The position numbers and the translations under genes were made by a program. This document shows positions 1 to 9,879 of a stretch of 64,000 nt of DNA, piece by piece. Origin of the DNA: Podarcis erhardii (lineage: Eukaryota); the NCBI GenBank assembly GCA_964252035.1, contig OZ176205.1; one strand, written 5' to 3'. The notes under the pieces were generated by a model. It did no database searches. It was not told where the DNA came from and was given only the letters and a program-made list of their open reading frames with translations. Numbering within the stretch: position 1 is the stretch's first letter; each line of letters starts with the position of its first letter.

Positions 1-212
1 TGTCCCTCTCTTTTCTCTGTTGTCTCCCTGTGATAGATTATAGATTATAAACCCTATGGGCAGAGACTTATCTCTTTGTACTCTATAAAGCCTCGTACAC
101 GCTGGTATTTATATAAATCTTCAACAAAATGTTGCATTGGGGAGTGTTCTAGGCAGTCAACCTTGGGTTTTAAAAGCCAAGATATTACAGATTTTTAAAA
201 GTTTCTATATCA

Positions 213-537
213 ACTAGAGCCAGGGCTTTCTCGGCTGCAGCTCCAATCTGGTGGAATGCTCTGTCACAAGAGACTAGGGCCCTACGGGACCTGACATCTT
301 TCCGCAGGGCCTGCAAGACAGAGTTGTTCCACCAGGCCTTTGGTCAGGGCGCAGCCTGACTCCCTCCTCTGGCAACCTGCACAGAATTTTGCTTAACGGT
401 TGCCATTAATTTGATTTTAATTAATTTTTATAATGAAATGTTTTTAGAATGTTGGATTATTTGATTGTTTGATTATTTGATTGTTGTTAGCCGCCCTGAG
501 CCCAGCTTCGGCTGGGGAGGGCGGGATATAAATAAAA

Positions 538-578
<41 letters not shown>

Positions 579-579
579 C
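213..579 (+). mobile_element. L2-clade LINE 3' end with (ATT)n tail
   Basis: 213-359 translates TRARAFSAAAPIWWNALSQETRALRDLTSFRRACKTELFHQAF..*, the typical L2 ORF2 C-terminus (RAFS-A-P-LWN-L...F...LKT-LF..AF), followed by a 3' UTR and an (ATT)n tail at about 538-578. Confidence 0.8.
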
Positions 580-1474
580 ATTGCTATTGAAAACAGTTGC
601 TTTTTGTTTTATGCTGTCCATTTATCTTCTAAGATATTTTAAAAATATTTGCAAACTCTTCAACATATCTGTCCTAACTTTATTTCCTCTAAGATGGACC
701 TGTTGCCCAGTTTCGTTAGCCTTTCCAGCTAGGAGTACTTCTAGACCCTTTGCCACCTTTGTTGTTTTCTTGTGAACTCCTTTGTTGCCTGTTAGCAATT
801 TTTCTGAACTGCAAGTGCCTAAATGAATGCAATACTCCACTTGCAACCTTCAGCTAGACCTGGGTGAGTACCACGTGAGTCTTAATGACAAAGAACACTT
901 ACTTCACTTCTTCTTAGTCTTAGAAGTGATGCTTCTGCTGATAACAGAAAAAGACGTTCACCATATTTGTCACAGAATTGTATTGCTGACTCATGCTTGG
1001 TTTCTTATCCGAGCTAACACTGATACCATTTTCAGCACTCTTGCTGCCTGCCTGATTGTTCTCCTATCTTATTCCCAAACATTTGTATATTCTTTGCCAC
1101 TTCTAACACATATCCCACTTCTAACAGATCTGCCTTCGTGTTTCTTGCTGTCTTCTCATTTTGGTAGTTTGTTAGCTGGGTTTTGAATTTTGAGCTTGAG
1201 CAAGTGATAAGGCTTACATTTCTCCCACACTTTAGGATTGAATCAGACTACAGGGTCATATTGATTGGATTAGAGTTTTAGAGCAATATTAGCATCCCAA
1301 TACTGAAATTACATCCATTAGCAGCATGAGATTGCCTGAGGCCACAATGCTAACCAAAATGGAAGTAGGGAGTAGAAAGGTGTGATTGGTAAACTATGGA
1401 GTAAATAATGAGTTATTCCAGGCCTACAGATCTCGCATGTCAAGCTTCTTGAAGACCTAGCTCAAACGGGTTGA

Positions 1475-1555
1475 AGGAGAAAGTTCACAGATTTGTTGTG
1501 ATGATCACATGAGGAGAGGGATAACCATCCTTGAGCCCTTTGGAGGAAAAGTGGG

Positions 1556-1599
<44 letters not shown>

Positions 1600-1602
1600 T
1601 AA
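1475..1602 (+). mobile_element. 3' part of a Squam3/MIR-like SINE with (TAA)n tail
   Basis: ttgttgtgatgat...cttgagccctttggaggaaaagtgggatata followed by about 13 TAA units. Confidence 0.55.
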
Positions 1603-1604
1603 TA

Positions 1605-1848
1605 CAGTGGTACCTCTGGATATGAACGGGATCCGTTCCGGAGCCCTGTTCGCATCCTGAAGTAAACGCAACCTGCGTCTACACGTGTGCGGGTCGCGAT
1701 TCACCGCTTCCGCGCATGCGTGTGACATCATTTTGACCTTCTGTGCATGCGCAAGCGGCACAGAAATGCGTTCCGTTACTTCCGGGTCACAGCGGAGCAC
1801 AACCCGAAAGCGTTCAACCTGAAGCAACTTCAACCCGAGGTATGACTG
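1605..1848. mobile_element. Tc1/mariner (Tigger/pogo-like) MITE
   Basis: TIRs CAGTGGTACCTC...GAGGTATGACTG; TA on both sides (1603-1604, 1849-1850); no coding capacity. Confidence 0.85.
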
Positions 1849-1872
1849 TATAACTATAGCCCAGGTTCATAT

Positions 1873-2217
1873 CAGAATACTCTAGCATGTTTGCAGTTCC
1901 TCCAGATGTAGTATCAACCACAAATTTTATAAAGTTAAATGTACTAGACCCTGCAGTACTTCTATGGAATGCCAGTGGCTGTTTATTTTCAGAATCATAT
2001 TAATCAATTTGTAACTACCATAGAACCACAGTACAGTTGTACCTTGGATCCTGAACGCCTTGGCTCCCAAACAAATTGGCTCCCGAACAATCGACCCCAG
2101 AAGTGAGTGTTCCAGTTTTTGAATGATTTTTGGAAGCTGAACATCCTGCGCAGTTTCCGCAGCTTCCAATTGGCTGCAGGAGCTTCCTGCAGCCAATCAG
2201 AAGCCGCGCTTTGGTTT
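1873..2217 (+). repeat. 345-bp direct repeat, copy 1 (copy 2 at 2907-3251)
   Basis: Starts cagaatactctagcatg and ends gccgcgctttggttt; repeated at 2907-3251 with 2 substitutions and short indels. Confidence 0.95.
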
Positions 2218-2906
2218 GGTAATGAGAATGAAGGTACCTTTTATCACCTATGGTGGACCTGCCCGAGGGTGAAAGCATTCTGGGAAATGATCTATAATGA
2301 AATTAAGAAAGTCCTTAAATGGACATTTACTAAGAAACCAGAAGCTTTTCTCCTGGGCATGGTTGGCCAATTGGTGCCAAAGAAGGATAGGACTTTCTTT
2401 ATGTATGCTACTACTGCAGCAAGAATTCTTCTGGCAAAGTATTGGAAGATGCAAGAACTACCTACTCTTGAAGAATGGCAGACAAAGGTGATTGACTTCA
2501 TGGGACTGGCAGAGATGACCGGCAGAATTCGTGAACAGGGGAAAGAGGCAGTGGAAGAAGACTGGAAGAAATTTAAAATATATCTTAAAAACTGTTGTAA
2601 AATTGACGAGTGTTAAGATGTCAAGGGGTAAGAAGCAGAGAACTACAGCTGTAATTAACAAATTTATGGGAATTTAATGAAGGGAACTAAATGGATAAAT
2701 TGACTAAAGGGTTGCTAAAAAATTTTAAAATAAGGATGCAGCGAAAGGGAGGTAAGGGGAAGTCGATTGAAAGAAGTTACAAGAAAATAAGATTATGAAT
2801 TCATTTACGTTTGATTTGTTTATGTTTGTTTGTATTTTGTGATGTGTTTGTTTTTTATTTATGTGTTTTAAAAACTGAATAAAAATTATTATAAAAAAAA
2901 ACAAAA
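2218..2906 (+). mobile_element. 5'-truncated L1 LINE (ORF2 C-terminus, 3' UTR, poly-A)
   Basis: Frame to 2616 reads GNENEGTFYHLWWTCPRVKAFWEMIYNEIKKVL...AARILLAKYWK...W, the L1 ORF2 C-terminal H-x-W-W-x-C region; AT-rich UTR, AATAAA and an A-rich tail ending at 2906. Confidence 0.85.
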
Positions 2907-3251
2907 CAGAATACTCTAGCATGTTTGCAGTTCCTCCAGATGTAGTATCATCCACAAATTTTATAAAGTTAAATGTACTAGACCCTGCAGTACTTCTATG
3001 GAATGCCAGTGGCTGTTTATTTTCAGAATCATATTAATCAATTTGTAACTACCATAGAACCACAGTACAGTTGTACCTTGGATCCTGAACGCCTTGGCTC
3101 CCAAACAAATTGGCTCCCGAACAATCGACCCCAGAAGTGAGTGTTCCAGTTTTTGAATGATTTTTGGAAGCGCAGTTTCTGCAGCTTCCAATTGCAGGAG
3201 CTTCCAATTGCAGGAGCTTCCTGCAGCCAATCAGAAGCCGCGCTTTGGTTT
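2907..3251 (+). repeat. 345-bp direct repeat, copy 2
   Basis: Near-identical to 1873-2217; begins immediately after the L1 A-tail. Confidence 0.95.
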
Positions 3252-3266
3252 CCGAACATACGACTG
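3068..3266. mobile_element. Tigger-like MITE (left part duplicated at 2034-2217)
   Basis: TA|CAGTTGTACCTTGG left end; right end partly deleted, ending TACGACTG. Confidence 0.7.
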
Positions 3267-3271
3267 CATTG

Positions 3272-3400
3272 AAGAGTTGGAAGGAACCCCAAGGATCTTC
3301 TAGTCCAACCCCTTGTAATGCAGGGATATGCAGCTGTCCCATCTAGGGATTGAACCTTCAACCTTGGCATTATAAGCAACACACTCTAACTAAGCTATCC
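3272..3400 (-). mobile_element. tRNA-headed SINE with CR1-like tail
   Basis: Reverse complement has a tRNA-like head with A/B boxes (gatagcttagttagag...ggttcaatccc) joined to a CR1 3'-end motif (ggttggactagaagatcc...cttccaactct). Confidence 0.55.
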
Positions 3401-4374
3401 CAGTTACTCAACCCATCCATTCCTACCTCTTCAATAAAGTAGCAGAAGACAATAGGAATGTAGTTTGGATTCATTAAGGCTTTGGATGTAAGAAAGCTTG
3501 AGGAAAGTGACATAAAAGAGTAATATAAATTCTACTTTTTCTGCTGATTTTTTAGCATGCCCAGAGCTGAGCCCACCTACAAGAGGATGCGTGCACATCA
3601 AGTTGTAGAAACAACACATGCATTTCCCTATGTGAGGAGATGCACAGGCTTAGTTTTAGGTGTCAAAACCCTAGTGTTTTGCTTGTTCTTTCCCACCCCC
3701 TGAACAATAGTTGTAAATGTCTGAAGCAACTCAGACAATATAGCAAGAAATGAAATTGGGAGGCAGGTGGTTGCTGCTGCTTCCAGGACTAGAACAGGGC
3801 CTCCCATCAATTATCTCTGACTTTCTGTTCATGTGTAAACTCATATCTAGTAATAGGAAATGCAAATATGCCCCTCCCCTCTGTGATAAAGGGTGCAAAA
3901 AGCAACATGTACTACACACATATTCAATAAGAGAGGTAATGCGAAAAGGTAAATTGTTCTATTTGCTTACTACACAAGTGTGGGCACATGACTTCCCTAT
4001 GCATATTATTTCCATTCTCTGTGTTAGGGCATCCCCACACATGACTTCATAATTTGAAGTATTGTATGAATGCCTCTGTAGTTCATGAATGGATCCTATC
4101 CTGTCTTGGTTTCTTGCCTACCTGCATGACTGATGGGGGAAGTTACAAGAATATCCCCTGATTTCACTATGGGGATGCCCAAGGGAAAGTACCTGCTTAT
4201 TCTAATTACCTCCTCTGTTTCTGCACTGCAGCACCAGACTGGCAGTGCAAGCACTGCTGCATGAATATGGCCTTACCTGCCAATCTGAAGCACATTTTCT
4301 TGGAAGAAGCTGCTTCAAAATATTGCACTGTATGTATGCATACACCATACAAGAGATACTGACTTCATTTGCAT

Positions 4375-4376
<2 letters not shown>

Positions 4377-4410
<34 letters not shown>
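4377..4410. repeat. (GT)17 microsatellite
   Basis: Direct inspection. Confidence 0.95.
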
Positions 4411-4412
<2 letters not shown>

Positions 4413-6230
4413 ACCTAACGCTCATGTCACAATAAACCAATTAGCCCTTAAACTGCCATAGCAGCCTTGGTCTTATTAATTTTAATTACACGAGAATGCC
4501 TCAGAAATTCTCTGCATTGGAATGTTTATGTTTCAGTCCTGATCTGGTCTTCAGAGTTCCCTTCTTTTTTAAAAAACAACAACAGCAACAGACCATTCAC
4601 TTCCAAGTCTGGAATTTATTTTTTTCTAGATAACATGAGTGTCTGCTGGTGATGTTCGTTGTATATTCCTAGCAGTGATAGTTTTATCACTGAGTACGGG
4701 GTCTCAGCTGCTGCCTTTTCCGTGAGGTACAGTAGCTGTATATATGTGTGGCAGGAGAGAGATAATTGGGTTTTTTTTATGATAGAGAGAAGTTTGCAAA
4801 AATGTTAAATAAGCAGCATTGTGAGTGGGAGAACCCTAACAGTGGGAGAACCTTTTGTGATCCATTTGAACATGTAGCAAGCACATCCCAAATGCAGACA
4901 GGGTTAAATGTTGTACAGAGTCCCTGTGACCAGTTAGACAGCTACTACTGATCTCAGAATATCAACATTAATTATTTCAGCTCTTCTGGCATGGGGTGTA
5001 TTCCTTTTGACAAGCTGGGGCTTTCCATACCCTGGGCATGAAAGGCAGGCTCCTCCTCATATGAGCTCTGCTTCACCTGCCAATGTGCAGGATAGTTGGA
5101 AGAGTGACTGTCGCTGGGGATATCTTGGCAGATTCCCAAACAGGGCATGGGCCGGCACACAGGGTGGACTTCAGGCCTTGAAGAACTACACAGGACTGTG
5201 CCAAGTCGGGAAGCAAAGTTGTCTTCTGCTTTCTCTCTTTAGCTGGGATCTGGCTTCCAGCCACTCAGTACCAAGAAGCTCCTTAGCTGTTGAGTTTGTC
5301 GAGCAGAGATAGGTCTTATCTCCCCAAGCTGCTTGCCAGCACAGGGTTTCCCATATCCAGTTACCTTTCTAAGAACTTTGGGTTGATTCTGCTGTTTGGA
5401 AAGTGCACAAGACCATTCTAAGTAAAGTGGATGTGCTAATAACCATCAAGAGAGAGGCACACTGGATTCTCAAGCCTGAATCAAAAAGCTACTCTTCCAG
5501 TTACTCTCCTTACCAGACCATAATTATCTGGGTGGAGCAGGACAATAAATGGTTGCCTTAATCCAGAAAAGCAACAACTATGCAAATCTCTCCCCAAGAG
5601 ATGCAGCACTCCTTCTCAAGGCACATGCTGGTCTCTACAAGGAAATTGGCTCCACACTATCCCTGTTGTTCATCTTTGTTTCAAGCTCAGAATTAATTCA
5701 CTGACAGTGGCAGTGCAAGACCTTGAAGGCTCTTCTGCCTTCAGGGTAAATTCAAAAGAAAACAGGTCTGTAACCTGGTGAGCAGCAAGCTGCTTTGCTT
5801 TTGCTAAACCTAATTTTTGCGTATTAAAGTGACTCATTCAGCCAGTGAGCAAGGCACAAGCCTTAAGCATATTTCTGTCCCAAGAGTCAAGGATGTGGGG
5901 AAATGGTGTAAACAGCACAAAATGAGCACAAAGCTTTGGCATCAGTTTGGAGGGGATCCAAAATTTCAGGGTTACATGTTAATGAAGCTGGTTTGTTACC
6001 TACAATCATTCATAGAAAATGGAAGCTACAGCACAACTCCTCTTAAATTATGCAACGGACAACCAAAAATCTCCAGTTTAACCAGATGCTTCAATAAAAG
6101 TGCCATCTATAGAAGAGTACCTTGATGTATGGTGTCATTGTGGGTGGAGAAAAAGTGAATTTGGATAATGGATATTAAAGAGAATTTGATAAATGAGGTT
6201 TGGGGAATGAGATGTTGAGGTAGAAAATGT

Positions 6231-6445
6231 GAGCCAGTGTGGCGTAGTGGACAATGCATCAGAGTAGGACCGCAAAGGCTTGGATTCAAATCCTTACGCA
6301 GACAGTGGTGAAGGTCACTGGGTGACTTTGGACTGATCACTCTTTCTCTCTCAGCCTAATCTGTCTCACTGGATGTTGAGAGAACAAAATGGGAGGAGAA
6401 AACTATGTACAGTGCCCTGAACATTTTGGAAAGACTTAAGTGTAA
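6231..6445 (+). mobile_element. Old Squam3-like (Ther1/MIR-derived) SINE
   Basis: gagccagtgtggcgtagtgg head, cactgggtgactttgg...ctctcagcctaa core, aaaatgggaggag tail region. Confidence 0.65.
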
Positions 6446-6669
6446 TGAATTAGTTTTAAATATAAAAGTGGTGTCACCACTGCAAAAGCTGAGAATGCAA
6501 TTCTAAGCATAATTACCTTAAAGTAAGTCCCTCTGAAATCAACTGGATATTTTTTGAGTATGTAAAGTTGGTTAGGATGAAGCTGCAACTGGGAGCAGGG
6601 AAGTATGGTAAGCCTTACCTCAGCCCCTGGTTGAGCCTTACCTCAGTCCCAATGGCCTTCGGCCACCCG

Positions 6670-6800
6670 CTATCTCTTAGCTTCAGCACCATCGCCTCCC
6701 CTCTGCAATATGGGGATAATACATAATATTCATTGACTCTGCAGAGCTCTTGTTATGAGGATTACTGAGATGCTATTGTGAAGCATGCTGTATTGGTTTT
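6670..6800 (+). mobile_element. MIR/CORE-SINE core fragment
   Basis: ctctgcaatatggggataat...ttgttatgaggatta..gagat...tgtgaagcatgct resembles the MIR core and tail. Confidence 0.5.
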
Positions 6801-6969
6801 TAAAACACACATCCTGCCACTTAGTTAAAAATGTGCAAGGCAGCTTACAATGATTTCAAGGAGACTCACACTGACAAGTTTAGCAATACTGAAATGCTAA
6901 GTGTGTTTCTTGCAGTGGTGGCCTCTTCAAAAAGGGCATGTACACACACAAAAAGAAGGTCCAGAGGCA

Positions 6970-7090
6970 GAGCAGAGGTCTCAGGTTCAGTGTCTAGCAT
7001 CCCCAGGTAGGGCTGGGAATATCCCCTGTCTGAAACCCTGGAGAGCATAGATACAGTCTGACTCAGTATAAAGCAGCTTCTTAACTTCCT
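6970..7090 (+). mobile_element. Squam2-like tRNA SINE, internally deleted
   Basis: caggttc..t..c.agcatccccaggtagggctgggaa...ctgaaaccctggagagc...gtctgactcagtataaagcagctt. Confidence 0.65.
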
Positions 7091-7509
7091 GTGAGATGAG
7101 ATGGGCTGAGGAGCAACAAGAGAGAGTGAGGCCTTCTGAATGTAAAAGGTAAAAATGTTTTTGGTTGGTTGTTTTTTAAAAAATCCAAAGCAAATTAAAT
7201 TTTGCTGGATTTTGTTTTATTCTTCTTTCATCAGCTGCTTACATCTCCCTACTGACAATTTAATTTCTGCTTACATATTTTTTTTTTTTTGTGTATTTTC
7301 AAAGCCAACCCAAAGGGATATAAGCTGTGCTTAGAAGTATGTCTGAACCAATAAGCTTGGGTTTGGACAAAATACTAAGCTGAACCATAGCTTAGCTCTG
7401 GCTAGCATGGTGGCAGCAGGACCAGGAAAGGAGAGCTGCAGCTGCAGTATTCAGTCAATGAACTCACAAGGTTGCTCATTTGTTCTCATCTGTGGTTTGG
7501 TTTAGCATC

Positions 7510-8415
7510 ACATGCAAGCTGGACAAGCATCAAGAAAAATGCAGAGAGCAAAACCAAACCCTGTATATGGCATTTATTGACCTGGGTAAGGCCTTTGACA
7601 CTGTAAATTGTAATATCCTGTGGACTGTCCTTCTGAAAATTGGCTGCCCATATAAATTTGTGAACATCCTTCAGCTCCTCCATGATAATATGATAGCAAC
7701 TATCACAGATAACAATGGCTCTCAAAGTGAACCATTCACGGTGGTATCAGGTGTTAAACAGGGTTTAACTCTATTCATTATTTTCATTCCCATTGTCAAA
7801 GGGAAACTCCCCATTGGGTAGAAATCATATATTGAACAGATAGAAAGCTCTTTAACTTGAGTAGGCTGAAAGCAAAGAGTAAGATCACTTGGGAAGACAG
7901 GTGAACTAATGCCATTGTACTGGAAGAAAGATCAGCAGTGTCAAAGCAATGATTCTTCAACATCAACTTCATTGTACTGGTCATGCTGTTCGGATGCCTG
8001 AATACTGTCTCCCAAAGCAACTACGCTATTCTGAACTTTAAAATGGAAAGTGTCATGCTGGTGGTCAACAAAAGAGGTTTAAAGACTCTCTCAAGGCAAA
8101 TCTTAAAAAGTGTAGTATAAACACCAACACCTGGGAAACACTGGCCTGTGAGTGCTTCAATTGGAGAACAGCCTTTACCAAAGGTGTCAGGGGCTTTGAA
8201 GACACTCAAACTCAGGATGAAAGGGAGAAATGTGCTAAGAGGAAGGCACGCTTGGCAAACCCTCACCATAATCAGCTCCCGCCCAGAAACCTATGTCCCC
8301 ACTGTGGAAGGACGTGTGGATTGGCCTCCAAAGTCACTTACAGACTCACTGTTAAGACCATGTTTATGGAAGACAATCTTACTTGGCTACGAGTGATCGC
8401 CAAAGAAGAAAGAAG
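7510..8415 (+). mobile_element. Degenerate RTE-clade LINE (RT domain to 3' end)
   Basis: QEKCREQNQTLYMAFIDLGKAFDTVN..LW..L.KIGCP.KFV.IL.LLHD.M...SEPF.V.SGVKQG (RTE RT motifs); C-terminal CPHCGRTCG; (AAG)-type tail; frameshifts and deletions. Confidence 0.85.
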
Positions 8416-9304
8416 ACACAGTTGGCATGTGGCCTGTGACTGTTTATCGCTGAAGGAATGCAGCCCTGAGTAGAAAGAAAATAGCCTGTTGGTGGTCTAT
8501 TTGAAAGGGGTTTCATAGGGGCCAAGGTATAAAGTTACAGAATCCAAAATAAGGTGTGTTTTTCGATTATGATCTCTGGTTTATGTGTTCCGTAGAACTA
8601 GAGTACTTTTGAAATAAGAAATGCCTATCATGTTCCATGAAGTTGGATTGCTGCAGAATAGGAGACATAATTAAATGGACATTATTTAATTATTTGATGC
8701 CTAGAAGCAGGTGAGCACAGAGGTGTGCATTTCTATGGGTTGTGCCTTCCAATCAGCTCTTGCACCAGAGTTTTTAGACTTCTGTGAAAAAGAATGTGTA
8801 ATTATTCCTCATTCCCAGACCAGGAAACAAGGAAAGGATGTGAACAGACTTGATCCAAGTCACTACCAGTAAGGAGTAGTCAGCCCCTGGACTTTTTGCT
8901 TGCCATGAAACACACTGGGTGACCTTGGGCCCATTCACTCACTTTCTCAACCTAAACTACTTCACCAAGGCTAGAATAAACTGAGAAAATTTACATCCAT
9001 GTATACCACCTTGAATTATGTGGAGACAAGAAAGTGCTTATTTGTAAAATATTTTGCTAACAGAGGAACCCCGACTTCTCAGGTGAACAGGGTGAGGTTT
9101 GCCCATGGGTGCCTCCCCAGGAGCAGAGATGAGTTCCACCAGTGGAAAAGGTGCATCTCTAGAGCCAGCTGTGTTCCCAGTGGCAGCGGCTGGCATTAGG
9201 CCCCCAAACAGGACATTCCCTGGGGTTGAGACTATGGCAGGATAGCCTATGGCCAGCCTGGAGCTAGTGTAAGCAATTCCACCGATTAGAACCAATGGAG
9301 GAGG

Positions 9305-9367
9305 GAAGAAGAGGAAGAGGAAGAGGAAGAGGAAGAGGAAGAGGAAGAGGAAGAGGAAGAGGAAGAA
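9305..9367. repeat. (GAAGAG)n purine microsatellite
   Basis: About 10 tandem units. Confidence 0.9.
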
Positions 9368-9519
9368 GCTGCTACAGCTAAATAGGCCCACCTTCTATCT
9401 CCTCAAACAATCCTGGCTAGCAGGAGTCTGCAGAGCTTTGGAAGTGGTGATAGAGCTGCCGTTTCATACACATACAGCAACCCTGCTTAGGGTTGCACTC
9501 AAATTCAAGGAATTTGCTG

Positions 9520-9600
9520 CCACAAGAAGCAGTAATAGCCACTAGCTTAAATGGCTTTTCAAAAGAGGATTAGCCAAATTCTATCAACAGCTATTCCCCA
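9520..9600 (+). mobile_element. CR1 LINE 3' fragment
   Basis: gccactagcttaaatggcttttcaaaagaggattagccaaattc resembles the CR1 ORF2 end (gatggctttaaaagaggattagacaaattc). Confidence 0.5.
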
Positions 9601-9707
9601 TGATAGTCCAGGGTCTGAGGCAGTCTACCTGCTGGAGGAAAGATGGAATTTTTTAAAAATATGAATAGTATTATTATCATTCATAGCAGTAGAACCTGAG
9701 CTTACAT

Positions 9708-9879
9708 TTACAGATAGGTAGCCGTGTTGGTCTGCCATAGTCAAAACAAAATAAAAAAAATCCTTCCAGTAGCACCTTAAAGACCAACTAAGTTAGCATG
9801 CACACGAAAGCTCATACCTAGAACTAACTTAGTTGGTCTTTAAGGTGCTACTGGATGGAATTTTTTTATTTTGTTTTGA
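9708..9879. mobile_element. Penelope-like fold-back remnant, centre deleted, 12-bp TSD
   Basis: Starts TTACAGATAGGTAGCCGTGTTGGTCTG; inverted arms (ccagtagcaccttaaagaccaactaagttag / ctaacttagttggtctttaaggtgctactgg); TSD CTGAGCTTACAT at 9696-9707 and 9880-9891. Confidence 0.8.

Noticed and set aside
1462-1833. Poly-Tyr, poly-Asn, poly-Gln and (FL)n ORFs (also 28771, 30506 and 9038)
   Set aside because: Translations of microsatellites.
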